Source: Schmidtea polychroa (taxonomy: Eukaryota). Taken from it: a DNA stretch of 64,000 bases. The position numbers and the translations under genes are program-made. Below, piece by piece: positions 39,493 to 53,200 of the stretch; positions within the stretch are counted from its first letter, which is position 1, and every line of letters starts with the position of its first letter. The stretch lies in assembly GCA_044892525.1 (NCBI GenBank), contig CM097885.1, forward strand, positions 8,496,001 to 8,560,000, written 5' to 3'. The notes under the pieces were generated by a model. The model had not been told where the DNA came from. It saw only the letters and a list, made by a program, of their open reading frames with translations, and did not search any database.

Positions 39493-41872
39493 GCATGGGA
39501 AAAGTCGATTTAAAGAAAGTTGCTTGCTTTCGTGGCCGCACTGTGCTCACTACGACAAGCCCTAATATGTGTGTGATTCGGTAATGTACTACCATACTAT
39601 AGTAACGATAACGAGTTCTAAGAACTCCGCCGTACCAGAGGTAATTTATCGATGAACCCTGTGGCCTATATCTATGAGTCAGTATGACCTCCGACGACCC
39701 TGCAATATAAATTGCAAATATGTGCATGTGGTGATCTGCGATCGTAAATGATAAAGTTGAAGGTGCAGGATTGGCTGGGATCTCGCTTCGAAATCGATGA
39801 TAATCGACGATCTCACTCAAACCTACACCTCTATAGTTAAATAGAAAGCATGAAAACAAGGTTTAATAATAATAATGTAAAATTCACAGTGAAATCGTCC
39901 TTACTTACAATCTCAGAAAATCAAAATCAAAAATTTGGCATAAGAGTAAGCATTAGCATTTGCTTTGAAAAGTGACGGAATGTGTTAGTTTATATAGCCT
40001 CTATTTGACGTGTAAGTATACATGCGGGCATTGATGCAGTAAAATAAACTTGGATGATCTTAATTCTCGAACATTCAATTTTTAATTTTTATCGATTTTG
40101 ATGGCGATTTTTCAGTAAGAATCTTTGTTTTTATTTTTGAAATTTTATTTTTGAATTATTTTTCATTAAATTTGCCTCCATGGTGGATTTTAGCATTTCC
40201 AGAACATTCCATGCAAAATTTAATCTATTTCTTATTTTTAAATTGTTTTTTATCATTTTTTTCTAAAATTTTTATATTTTAAACTAAAATATTTATTTTT
40301 TATAAATTTTATTTGGTCGTTTGGCGGTCATGATGGATTTCGCCAGTTTTTAGATTGTTCTGGACTTTTATTCAAAATTTTGATATAATTTTCTTTACGT
40401 AAGATTTTATGGAGATTTTCTTTAATTTTCTTATTTAATTTTTACTAATCGCATTTATTCGAATTTGCTTTTGTTGTTTTATGTCTTTCTGTTAGGTTTG
40501 AGTAGGTTTTTGTGTAGTACTTCTTGTTCGTGTTTTATTCTATTTTTAATTCAGATGTTTTATTTTTAGGTATATTATCTCTCTATTATCATTGTTTACT
40601 TGGTGTTTTATATATTTTTATTTATGTAAACTTAATGGTGGGTATGCGTGTTGTGTACTGACACATTTCGTCCCATTCATAACTTTGGGTTTAGAAATCA
40701 GTTTTAGCCCAACACTTCTTTCCCGTAAAGTAGCATTTATCATTAATATCATTTATTGCATTATTATTAACTCATTTAATTTTTTTCTCATCATTACTAG
40801 ATACTTCCCACGCAGACGTCAAGTCTATCTTATGTGCTGGCTCAAAAAGAACAATATTGGTTTTATCAGGGGCAGCTGTTTCTCCAGTTTCTGTCGGTTC
40901 TCCTGTAATGTAGATCTTTGTCTAGATCTTTGTCTGTTTCCAATAATTTATAAATTTATAGCTTGCTAGGAAATCCACTCAAAGAATTGGGTGAGTTAGA
41001 TCTGCTACAACGAAGTTCGTTCGAAAGTTCAGTTCTATGTTTGCAATTTTGAAATGTAATGTTTTTGAACCATTAGTTTTAATGCTGTAGTCCTTAGTTG
41101 AAATAAATTTCAAAAGGACATCTCAGGAATCAAAATTGAATGTATTTGCTGGAGTGACACGCATCATATTTAAATCAAATTTAAAAATTCTTAAAATTTA
41201 TAAATCGGTAAATTTTATTGTTAAATATTGTTTATTATAAAAGTCTTGTCATAGTTATTTTATATAGGAACCAGTTAAGTCTGACTCTCAGTTATCGAAA
41301 CTTCAACATTTGCTGTTTGTAAACATAATTCTATATCGATCACAAAGCTTTATAAGAGTTTTTTTATGCCACTTTATGTCTATTTTCAATTTCATTTTAA
41401 ATGTCATTAATTCAATGTCTAAAAAATTTATTGTAAAAGACAGAAACTTTGATTATTCGAATATTTCTACATACATTTATATGCTTTAACGAATTTTTAT
41501 AATCTCATATTGAAAATGACGATTTCGATAAATAATATTTTTTTACCGATTAATTTTCTCTTCATGCAATTTTTATGTGCTTTTCTAGTTCAAAATATAA
41601 TTTAGTAAATTATTCTTGGATTTCTATTGTTTAAATATTCATAATATATTATATATAAAATTATATTTAAATGCAAATAACAATTTTTGTATATGATAAT
41701 TTATAATCATAGCTAAACGAGATTCTTCTAAAAGACAGGAAAAAATGACAATTGAAGAAAAGAGAAAGTGAAATGATACTAGATAATTTGATTGAATAAC
41801 GGACAAATGCTCATAAAACTAAATTATAAAATGTGATGATACGCATGATGTGTTTATTGGATTGCTATATAG

Positions 41873-41976
41873 ACTGCTATAAGATATCTGACTGCGTGTT
41901 CATGTCCGATGATACTAGTGATTCCAGCACTGATCCTTGGTTTTGTGATGCATGCTTATCAAATGTTTCGAATCCG
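41873..41976 (+). CDS. Isolated exon resembling the PHD finger of PHF14
   Basis: AG/GT flanked. Encodes CYKISDCVFMSDDTSDSSTDPWFCDACLSNVSNP, similar to PHF14 CYG...SENSTEPWFCDACKCGVSP. No neighbouring exons recognised. Confidence 0.6.
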
Positions 41977-43051
41977 GTGAGAATTATTATTATTATTATT
42001 ATCTGTTATTTCTATCTTTATAAGCTTTATAAATTTCTAATAATGATCGATTTTCCTTTTTAATAGTCCTATCTTCTTGTGGTTCTGGCTAAGGGTAGCA
42101 TTTTTGTCCGCCCAGGATAAACACGGCTTTAAACTTGATGTGGAGGGGTTTGGTCTAGACATGTTGCTGAAAAAGAAAAATAAGGGTTTATACACAAATA
42201 ACTTCTCTACTAAAAATAGCAATCAATTGAACAGACGCTGTTCCTTTAGCCATCTTGTATACTAATGTTGTGAGTTATTCAGACAAATGTTCAATGCGAG
42301 AGAAAGCTGACCTGGGGAAAAAGGATGAGCCTTTCAATCATAAGTTTGATTAGCATCAGAATTTTATTCTCATTAGTAAAAATCGAAATCAGGCATTACT
42401 AAACATTTATTATCAATAGGTCTTTAAAATTCCTCATGCGTATTTATTGACATGATTGTTACTTAAGCATCATCATCCATCAGTAGTTAAAAATGTATTA
42501 ATTATCATTTACAAAATCAGTGCCACTCATGCTTAGAAACTCATTATTCATTAATAATAATTACAAGTCACCCTCGGCCATTATCACAAATCGTTATCTA
42601 GCATTACACGGAAATCATTACAAGCAATATTTCGGGAAATCATCATTGATTACAAATCGTGATCCATTACAATCTCAAGCATCTTTATCAATCGTTATCC
42701 ATTATAATTTAGATGAAAATTGTTACCAATTACTATTTAAAGAAACCCGTTAACAATTATCATTTAACATTTCCTATTAATCAATTTACCCTCATCAACA
42801 ATCCTCAGAATCATGTCAATCGTCACCTAAAATCATTGGCACTGCTTAATTGAAACGCCGTTGATCGAAAGAAATCATCATCAAGGTTTACATAAAAAGC
42901 GCTGCAGATTATTAACCAAAATCATTTTAATTGCAATTTGAAATCCCTCCAATCATTGTTTAGACAAATGTTATTACAGCGTTTCTCAGATAAACAACTA
43001 TATTAACAAATACAAAAACTACATACAGCATTTGATTTAAGCTATTTAATT

Positions 43052-43630
43052 AAAATGCTTCCCGCCGAATCGCCTTTAAAGCAAACATCCTAACATCACC
43101 ATAAATACCTAAACAATCATTCACCGTTACAGAAGGAACTGCGCCTAGAATTGCGTTTCCAAGTTCACCGGCGGTATTTGAATCCATGGATTTAACACAG
43201 CGCTTCCATTTGCTAAAAACTCCTCCAATGGGATTCAGTTGCGGACTTTATGGCGGAAGAAATAAAATATTGCGTCCATATTCCGCTATAACATTTCAAC
43301 GCCAAAAACCCCGTGGAAAGCCACATTATCCATAACTATCGCATAATTTTCCGTGTTCAACTCTTTCATTTTTCGAAACATCTGTCAAGAATTCAATAAA
43401 ATTATCTCCATTATAAGCTGGATTTTGTGTCTTATGAAAAACTATTCCGCCCTTAGATATCCCGGCACAAACCGAATGGTTTCTAGGCCTTATTGCTCTT
43501 ACCGCTTTCCTGGCTGGTGGAATCTAGATATCAGTTCTAACCCAACGCATGGTTTGTTCTGGAACTCACACTGGTTATCAAAACATTTCTTTTACGTCCC
43601 TTGAATTGCTGTACTGAGTGATTTTTCTCC
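43052..43630 (-). mobile_element. IS630/Tc1-mariner transposase remnant
   Basis: NHSVCAGISKGG...YNGDNFIEFL...IVMDNVAFH...ILFLPP*SPQLNPIGGVFSKWKR. Confidence 0.85.
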
Positions 43631-45575
43631 AGTTTTACTCTCTATAATGAATTCTGAAATTGGTTGCTGCTCCTATCGAAAGTTTTAGCATTAAGCAAGC
43701 GTAACTAATTCAATTCCATTTATATTAATTTTGGTCCAATCAGGATCCAGATGCGGTGTAATTTACTGTTTTATTCTTTTAATTCAATTTTCTAAGGTTT
43801 TTAATGATTTTATTTTACGATTTATTTGTTACTTTAATTGTTCTTATTTTTTTCTCTCTGTTTTGTCGGATCCTGTCGGTTCTATTGTTTGTAATTTCGT
43901 GTTTTTGTCCATTTGATTTTTATAACAATTGCTTTTTACTAGTTATTATTTTCTTTGTTTTTATTTTATTATTTTATTTTCGGTTTACTTGTTATTTTCC
44001 TTATTGTTTTACTGAACTAATTTTCCTACGTTATTATTACGCGTCAGTTGATTGCATAAGTTGATCCTCTCTATTTGGCTTTTCTCGCCCTTTAGCCCAA
44101 CATGAAGATCAAACATGCTGACCATGGTTACCATATTGTTATATTGACCACACACGCACACACAGACACACACACGGGGTAACTGTTGCAGGACTACCCT
44201 ATACCAACCATTTGACTGCTACTAAAATACACCCAATACCAAAATACAGTACCGCTACCAATGACCGCTGCTACTGCTAGTATGATTTCTATGTATTATA
44301 AATGGAACATTTCCTTTGTTTTATAATTTTCATATCGTTTACATACCTTATATTAAAAATGGCCAATAGATGAAATCTTTCTATTTGTTGGGCGCTTAGC
44401 GGTGTGTCGCGAGGGTTATCGTTAGGTGTGATGATGGTTGTTCCACAGGGGACTCCTTCCTGGACGCCCATTATGATTTGTCAGCATTCTCCCTCATGTG
44501 CACCCATGATAACGAGTCATGTTGGTACTGTACACATGGGCTGGAATTCATGAGCAGGTGAGCCTCTGTGTTAGCACTACTCTTCATGATAATCACCATT
44601 CGGGTTCCTGAATGCCGTTAGAAGGACTTACATCTTTCTTATCTAATCTCTTTCGTATCTAATACACGCCTGGTCTAAGTGAGGTCGTCTCCAAGCATCC
44701 TTTACTTCCTTGCGACCGTCTAACAAAAGTAACCTATGGCTACGAATCACGTGACCAAACACAACAAAAGACAAACATCTGACACAAAATTATATTAGAA
44801 GTAATATCGATCAAATATTCAACAATCAAGAACACCAGTTAATCGATTCACGCAATCACTGAAAATCACTACAATCACAGTCGGGAACGAACAGCTAAAA
44901 GAGTCTCAAGCGGATAATTGCCGGTTTTCTAAGATTTTTAATTCGTCGATAGCATTTCGCCCTCGTCCAACATGGCGGCGATGTCCGAATCCAGGTGTGG
45001 ATCGTGAACGGGTGCAGAAGCGGCAGATGGAATCATTCTATATCGATTAGAAGTTGATACGACTTGATTAGGCTGTGGTTGATTTCTTCTGGCCTCGGCG
45101 ACACCAAATAAAGTCGCCTCCAATGCTGCAATCTCGTCTCGACGTTTCTTTGAATGTTCTGCACGAGTTAAGCGTTTTCTTTTTCGGGGAGTTGATCGAG
45201 CTGGAACGATGTTCGAATTTGCTGGAACTGCAAGTGGTACGGTGACATTAATTCGAGTAGGTTGCATGAAGATTATATCAGGTCTTGCGACAGAAGATAC
45301 CTCTGGGCCATGATTGTTACATAGCGATGTGGAATGAGTGACTATCTCGTCTGTCCGATGATGAATTAGGAACACATTCAGCTTATCGATAAGCGGGAAC
45401 GACTTTTTAACTCTGCTCCGAATAAACTCGATGAAGGTTTTCGGCTTTCCTCGAGTAAACTGTCGCGAGTAAACCTACGAACCAATGAAAATTCTTGACA
45501 AGTTATTCGAGAATCCCGCCGTTTACCAGCGCTTAGAAGAATTGCTGGCCAGAAATAAATGAGTTTCAGGAAACA

Positions 45576-46176
45576 ATGAATAAGCATTGGAAGAATATTG
45601 CATCGATTGTCAAGAATTATGATTCAGGAACCTATGATTATATATACCAATCATTATACCAAAAGGATCCATACTTTGACAAAAAAATGATTGAAAATGC
45701 ATTACTCGTTATTTCAAAACTTTCCGAAATTTCTAAAAAAAAGGTAACTAATAATCAAAATTACAATATTGTTATTTACCTTCAGTTTGAATGATGACAT
45801 TTGCGAAGTTACATTTGATAAAAATTTGACAAATACACTTGGATTAGAGAAGCAGCAATATCGGGAAAAATCGGCAGGTATACGTAAACCGAGAATACTT
45901 GAACATCATCAACAAATGTTCATATATACTAATATTATTGAGCCTATAATAGTTGGTGATTCCAGTGTTCCTCTATTGAAATCGGTATGGATTGGAAAAT
46001 ACGAACATGATGAAGTTGTCAATATAAATATAGATAATCCTATGTATTTACCAATTTCAAGCTCATGTATAAACAATATAGAAATAAATATTCGTGACGA
46101 TAGTGGAAAACTTATAAACTTCCCAAAAGACTCAAAAACTCATTTGACACTACATTTTCGTAAAGTAGATGGCTAA
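45576..46176 (+). pseudogene. Polinton minor capsid protein (penton), 5'-truncated and frameshifted
   Basis: YTNIIEPIIVGDSSVPLLK...YLPI...IEINIRDDSG...LTLHFRK is the Maverick penton C-terminal signature. Confidence 0.85.
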
Positions 46177-46531
46177 TTCCGATATTATTAGTATGTATAG
46201 TGATAGCCAATCTGGCGGTGAATTACCATATTTTATTGGTAAACAGTACGGGTCAGGTTGGTTAAAAACAATAGGGAGATTTGCACTTCCTATTCTTAAA
46301 CGTATTGGTAGTTTTGGCATGAAAACTGCTAAAGATGTGATTATGAATGAACAGAAAATATTACCATCCCTAAAAACAAATGCTTTAGCTGAGTTAGGGA
46401 AGGTTCTACCTGGAGTTGCTGGTATGTTTCAAAAAGATACACCTCCAGCCCCAGCTCCAAAACGTAAAGGACATGGAATATCGCGTATAAACAAACGAAT
46501 GAAAGGACATGGAACTATATTTGCAAAATGA
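46169..46531 (+). CDS. Polinton small core/cement protein (PW/pX-like)
   Basis: QSGGELPYFIGKQYGSGWLKTIGRFALPILK pattern and a basic C-terminus. Overlaps both flanking capsid genes (ATGA overlap with the major capsid gene). Confidence 0.75.
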   Translation: MANSDIISMYSDSQSGGELPYFIGKQYGSGWLKTIGRFALPILKRIGSFGMKTAKDVIMNEQKILPSLKTNALAELGKVLPGVAGMFQKDTPPAPAPKRKGHGISRINKRMKGHGTIFAK

Positions 46532-47751
46532 TTTGTGGTAAATCCGAATTATGTATATTTGATAGACCATCGCTCCAGGCTGTAATAGAATTTGGTGCCT
46601 TTGAGGAAGTTTTTCCTATGAATTCAATTACTGATAGTAGAAATGATATCGAGTTTTATATTAATGGTTCGCAAACTGAATATTTAGATTTGAACGATAC
46701 TTTATTGACTGTTCAGATCAAGGTTGTAGATAAAGATAGAAAGATTTTGGATGCCAATGCGGATGTATTACCAAACAATTTCATGTTTCATACTCTGTTT
46801 AAAGATGCAGTCTTGGGATTTAATAATATCAAGATTGAGGGCGGAAATAATACATTCATTCACAAGGCTTTGATAGAAACTATTTTAAATTACAATTCAG
46901 ATACTAAAAATACCTGTCTTACACCTATGGGTTATGCAGCAGCAGATGATGAAAGAAAAAAGTGGGTTAAAGGTTCAAAAGTATTCACTATGTGCTCATC
47001 ATTACAACTTGATTTTATGGATCAACCGAAATATTTACTACCGGGAGTTAATGTACATATTAGATTGAAAAGGTCCGATTCTGCATTGTCTCTTACTAGT
47101 GCAACTGGTGCACCAATATGTCAATTAGTTGATGCAAAATTATTGGTGAGAAGAGTTCGAGTAGACCCGTCAGTATTAGCTAATCATCAATTGGGTCTTA
47201 ATTCAAAACATGCAATTTATCCATTAAAAACAAAGGAAATTGTACAATTTGCTATTGCTAAAGGTGCTTCATCATTCTATAAAGAACAAATATTTGGTGA
47301 CAGAAGAATGCCTAATTTTATTCTGGTAACATTTCAAAGTGAAACGCAATATAATGGATCGTATACTGCTTCCAGCTCAATTTTCAAAACCTTTGGTGTT
47401 ACTTCATTGACTTTGTCGAAAAATACTGATTATAGAGAAACATATACTCAAGATTTCGAGAATGACAATTAGTGTGCGACATATATGCAGAGTATTGTTA
47501 GAAATCTTGGTTATTTAGATAAAAACTTAAATTGTGGAATAACTCTTGAGGAATTTAAAAGCAAATATCCATTTTTCACATTTGTTTTAGCTCCCGATTT
47601 TGATTTAAATCAGAGTCAATTACCGCAAAATGGAAATTTACGACTGGATATAAAGTTTGCAAAGGCCATTACTGAACCAGTACATGTTATAATATATGGA
47701 GTATTTGAAAATGAAGTTCAAATTACTGCAAATAGAACCGTGTTAGTATAA
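46528..47751 (+). pseudogene. Polinton major capsid protein (double jelly-roll, hexon); one in-frame TAG at 47470
   Basis: KSELCIFD...IEFYING...YLDLNDT...QPKYLLPGVNVHIRLKRS...GNLRLDIKFA. The ORF at 47485 continues in the same frame. Confidence 0.9.
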
Positions 47752-47829
47752 ATGTATACAGAAATATAGAAAGTTGTCATGGAGTAAGTTTTTCAATACT
47801 GTTTAATTTATTAAAGTAGTTCTGTTCAG

Positions 47830-48162
47830 GTCAATAGAATTGGAAAACAGATATTGGGAAATAAATTTGTAGGAGTTTTTCCTCTTGATAAAATCCCATA
47901 TTTAGATGTGAATCAAGCCATAATCGTCAATACTCAATCGTCTCATCTTGGTGGAGAACATTGGATTGCTATATATATGAAACCTAGTAATATATTCGTG
48001 TTCGATCCAATGGGTTTCTATTACCCTGCTTTGTTGGTATCAAAACTACAAACAATGGGGAAACCTATTGTATATAATAAAACAATGTTTCAAAATCCCT
48101 TGACACAAACATGCGGTCAACATTGTTTAGCTTGGTTGTTGTATAAAAAATTTGATGTTTAA
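47830..48162 (+). CDS. Adenain-family cysteine protease
   Basis: FVGVFPLD...IVNT...GEHWIA...FDPMG...FQNPLTQTCGQHC, with the catalytic H, D, Q and C intact. Confidence 0.92.
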   Translation, partial: VNRIGKQILGNKFVGVFPLDKIPYLDVNQAIIVNTQSSHLGGEHWIAIYMKPSNIFVFDPMGFYYPALLVSKLQTMGKPIVYNKTMFQNPLTQTCGQHCLAWLLYKKFDV

Positions 48163-48188
48163 TAAATGTATTTTGTATCCTTTGTTGT

Positions 48189-48195
48189 TGTTATT

Positions 48196-48255
<60 letters not shown>

Positions 48256-48297
48256 TTATTATTATTATTATTATTATTTTTATAATTATTATTATTA

Positions 48298-48337
<40 letters not shown>

Positions 48338-48352
48338 TTATTATTATTATTA

Positions 48353-48386
<34 letters not shown>

Positions 48387-48425
48387 ATTATTATTTTTAT
48401 TATTATTATTATTAATATTATTATT
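48189..48425. repeat. (ATT)n microsatellite
   Basis: Long TTA/ATT run. Confidence 0.95.
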
Positions 48426-48505
48426 TTTAATAAAGACTATACAATCATTGTGCATGCACAAAGTCATGACTAACAAAGATATGCAATCCCATTTGATACC
48501 ATTTG

Positions 48506-48589
48506 ATTGGCTGATAGAGGAAAAAGTATTCAGGAATGTGTCTTAATTCTGATTGGTTGAGACATGGAAATATTCCTGTTCTATATAAA
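48506..48589 (+). promoter_or_regulatory. Pol II promoter of the spliced pPolB gene: two inverted CCAAT boxes and a TATA box
   Basis: ATTGG at 48506 and 48552, both in TGATTGGyTGA context. TATATAAA at 48582. ATG at 48648. Confidence 0.6.
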
Positions 48590-48647
48590 CATTGACAAAT
48601 CTAAAATTTGTCATAATTATTCGTAAATTTACAAATTTTAAATTAAA

Positions 48648-49181
48648 ATGGACGCTGATTTACACAATATTTTGAATGCCATGTTGATGGGTGAAAATGG
48701 TAAATTATTTAGTTATTATTATTATTATTATTATTTATTATTTTAGAGAATTTATGGTACCAAGTGACCGAAGATGATTCAATTTTGAATGTTGATAGGA
48801 TTTTCGGTAAATTTAAATATTTTAATTTTTATGAAATTATTATTTTATTTAGAACCTATTATAATTAGCGACGATGATGATGTCGTGTTTATTGGGCAAA
48901 ATGATGCCCCGGATAATGATGCCTTATTTGTTAGGCAAAACAATGTTTTCAATAATCAAAGTAAATTTATTTTATTTTAGTATATTATTTTTTAAAAATC
49001 ATTTTAGTGTTTAATGTTGACATGGACGCCCTAATTAATAATGATGAGGAAAACAATATGGAAAATGCCCTCACTTCTATTGAGGAGAATAATGCTCACA
49101 TTTCTATTGATGAAAATAATGCCCTCACTTCTATTGAGGAGGTAGCTGATGAGGAATCTGATTCCGACCAGGAATCACAAT
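48648..49181 (+). CDS. 5' exons of Polinton pPolB (48648..48699, 48747..48806, 48853..48960, 49008..49181), spliced to 50288
   Basis: Three 46-47 nt GTAAAT...TAG introns plus a GTAAGC...ACAG intron (49182..50287). All are phase 1 and together give an open frame running into the ORF at 50347. Confidence 0.8.
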
Positions 49182-49571
49182 GTAAGCATTTATTTATTTT
49201 TATATTTCTTTAACAAAATTTTTAAAATTTTCTTAATATTTTTGTTTAAACATTTGCATAAATCTTATTCGTAAAATTATTATGTTTTTGAATTATTATT
49301 ATTGTAATTATGACGAAATTATGAAGAAAATACTATGATGGAAATTATAAAGAAATTACTATGATGAAAATTATGAAAATACTATGATGAAACTATTATG
49401 ACGAAAATGAAGAAAATTATGAAAATGTTATATTGAAATTATTATAACGAAAAATAGAGGAAATTATGAAATTATTATTTTGAAATTATGCAAACGTTTA
49501 AAAAAAAGTGATTAAGAAACTATAGTTTTAAAATATTCCTTGTAGTTTGCAATAAGCAACTACATTAGTTA

Positions 49572-49572
49572 A

Positions 49573-49642
<70 letters not shown>

Positions 49643-50011
49643 TATAATGATAATATATTATTTTAATGATAATAATATATCTTGTAGTCTGCAGTGAGCA
49701 TGCAGCTGCATCAAACTAATTATTTATTATGTAATAAATACCCTTTATTAAATGTAGTCTGCATGCAGCTGCATCAAACTAATTATTTATTAGGTAATAA
49801 ATACAATCTTTAAATGTAGTCTGCAGTGAGCATGCAGCTACATCAATAATAATAATAATAATAATAATAATACTAATATTTTTATTCCATACATATACTC
49901 TCTTTATAATAATAATATAATTTTAATATTTTAATATGTTTAGTTAGCATGCAACTAAAGACTCTTATTATATAAACATGTAGGTTACAGTGAGCATGTA
50001 ACTACAGAAAC

Positions 50012-50085
<74 letters not shown>
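49572..50085. repeat. (AAT)n tracts interleaved with short palindromic motifs inside pPolB intron 4
   Basis: AAT runs at ~49572-49640, ~49845-49871 and ~50011-50085. Confidence 0.9.
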
Positions 50086-50087
<2 letters not shown>

Positions 50088-50287
50088 TCCCTATTATAGT
50101 TTACAAGACTTTATTAATATTTTACAATTATTAATATTTACTTCATTTTTATAATGTATTTAAATGAAACATATATCAATAATTGTAAAATCCTTATAAG
50201 AACTAAATGTTAAATGCGTAAAAGAAATATAAATGATATATAAATACAATTTCATGATTAATATTAATTGATAAATATAATTAACAG

Positions 50288-53200
50288 GCAAATTTTATCC
50301 ACATTACTGCCAGGCATCAACTGGTCACTCAAAATTATGTCACAAAGTGATGAAAAAATATTATGGTTGTAAATTTTATGGCATCAAGTACTATATATGC
50401 CCAATATGCGAGACTTCCCATAGTATTAAATATTTAGAGTTTTACAGTATACATAAATCCCATTTAAATCAGTTCTCTTTAAATAAAAAGGATTTATTTA
50501 ACAAACTGCGAAATACCTCAAAACCTGTAAATAATACAAAACCTAATAAACCTGTAATTAATATTACAAAACCTGTAATTAAAACTAATGTAAATAATAC
50601 AAAACCTGTAAATAATATTACAAAACCTGTAAATAATATTACAAAACCTGTAAATAAAACTACTACAAAACATATAAAACCTGTAAATAATATTACAAAA
50701 CCTATAATTAATAATGTTATTAATGTAAATAATAATTTAAAAAGACCTGCTGTTAGTATTGGGTCTGATGCTCCCTCTAAAATTAATAAATTAGATCAAA
50801 TAACTGACAATGATGTGGTTAATAATATTCAAGTAGGCGGTTCAGTCGATATTGACGATGAACCTGAAATCGAAATTGATTTTAAGGGGGTTCGAAAGAA
50901 TATACGATTTAATGTAGAGAAGGATAACATCATTCAAATAACCATAACCGATAAAATCGTTAATAAGTTAAATCATGAAATAAACAGAATGGGGTCGGTG
51001 AAAATACAATTCTCCGTATTGATTCAATTTGAAAAAGATGGTGAAATTAAAGATAATTTCTTCTCGAATAGGGCAGAGGCTTTTTCAGTTAGTTTTCTAA
51101 GTGAGGGGGTTCACAAATTAAATAATAAAATAGAAAAATTCACATATTTGGGTAGTGGATGGCGGGTTGTTAAAATCAAAGAAATAGATTTTATATTAAC
51201 AAAATTTACACATATGAATAGGCTAGCTGGACATAGTTATATCCATTAGTAAATGCATTAGTAAACGTTAAAAACACTGATGATATGTGCTTTATATATA
51301 GTATTTTAGCACTTTTAAAACGTAATGTAGTACATATAAATAGAAATAGAGTTAGTTCCTATCAAAATTATCTTGACGAGTTAAATTTTGACCCCATTTC
51401 CGACTGTCCAATGAAATTATGTGATATTCCTAAATTCGAGATGAAAAATAAGGATTTAAATTTAGCAATAAATGTTTTAACTTATAGAACGACCTCAGCT
51501 AAGCCTTTTGAAAATATAGTTGACGATAATTATATTCCACATCATCCCAAATTGGATATAATTCACCGATCTAAGGTTATAGGTGGTGAACCCCTATACT
51601 TACTTTTATTGGAAGACGGTGATAATTTTCATTACACCGCAGTTTTTAACTTACAAAGATTAATGAATTGTCACTCTAGCAGTGAATGCGGCGTTAGAAT
51701 TAAAGTGAACTGGTGCCCCCATTGTCTCAATGGTTTTCGACATGAAAAAGCATATGATATTCATGTTGCACTTTGCAGTAAGAACCAGATATGTACTACT
51801 TTATATACCCTACCTAAAGATAAAAATTTAATTTTTCAAAATTATGCGAAAACCATAACCCCACCATTCGTGATATATGCAGACTTTGAATCAATTTTAC
51901 CGGGGGATATAATACACCATCAAAAGCATTTGCCAATAACAGCAGGTTTATTATTAATAAATAATTATAATAACTCCAAATTTTATTATGAGTTTGTTGG
52001 GGATGATTGCATCTTATCTTTCTTGCGTAAGGTGGAGGAAATTGCTATGACAATTGTCCTGCCATATTACGAAATTAATGGGAAAAAGCCCATGCAAACC
52101 TTGTCTTTCGCTGAAGAGCGGGCCTTTCGTGATTCCAGAACCTGCTACCTTTGTAAAAAATTTATTAGAAATAGAGTTAGGGATCATTATCACTTTTCAG
52201 GTAAGTATCTTGGTGCTGCCTGTAGGAAATGTAATGTTTCGCGACGAATTCAGAAACATTTACCTGTGGTTTTTCACAATTTGAGGGGGTATGATCTTCA
52301 TCATATTTTGAAGTATAGTTTGAATAATTTTCCTTCTTGGGAATTAAATATTATTCCGACCACTACCGAGAAATTCATCTCCCTCATAGTGTATATTAAC
52401 AAACTGTCTGTTCGTTTTATTGACAGCATGCAGTTTGTTAATTCTTCTTTAGCAAAAGCGGTTAAGACTCTTTCCGATCTGCCTTTAACTTCTTCTGTTT
52501 TCGATGGCGCAATTGTTCGAGCCAAAGGTATCTTTCCTTATGACTTTGCCACATCTCTTGAGGTTCTGGAATCAACTCTTGAATTGCCTCATATCTGGGA
52601 TTCTGTGTCTAATGATGAATATGCATTAGCCCAAGTTATTTGGACTCAGCAAAACTGCAATAACATGTTAGATTACATGTTAACTTACCTTAAATTAGAC
52701 GTGTTTCTCCTCGCAGACTATTTTCAACAATTCCGTGAAAAGGCCATTGCATATAATGGTCTTGAGCCTCTTAATTTCTATGGCATTCCCGGTATGTCAT
52801 GGGCCTCTGCGCTTATGACATTAACGGAACCCATTGAACTTTTGCAGGACATGGAAATGTTTAATTTCTATGAAGGAGGGATACGGGTTGGGTTAACATT
52901 TGTTAACAAACATTATGTTGCAAGTTCTGAAGACACAGAACTCTTGTATATTGATATTAATAACTTGTATGGTTGGGCCTTAAGCCAAAATCTGCCTTAT
53001 GCTGACTTAGTTTGGGTGTATGATGATCTTGATTCTGTCTTGAATGAATGTATGAATGCTGATATCGATAACCTTCCATATGGTTATACAATGGAGGTAG
53101 ATATCGATATACCTGATTGTTTGCATGACTTTCTGAATGATTTTCCGATTGCTCCGGAAAAGATGTGCCCGCCAAATTCTAAAGTTGAGAAGCTGATGCT

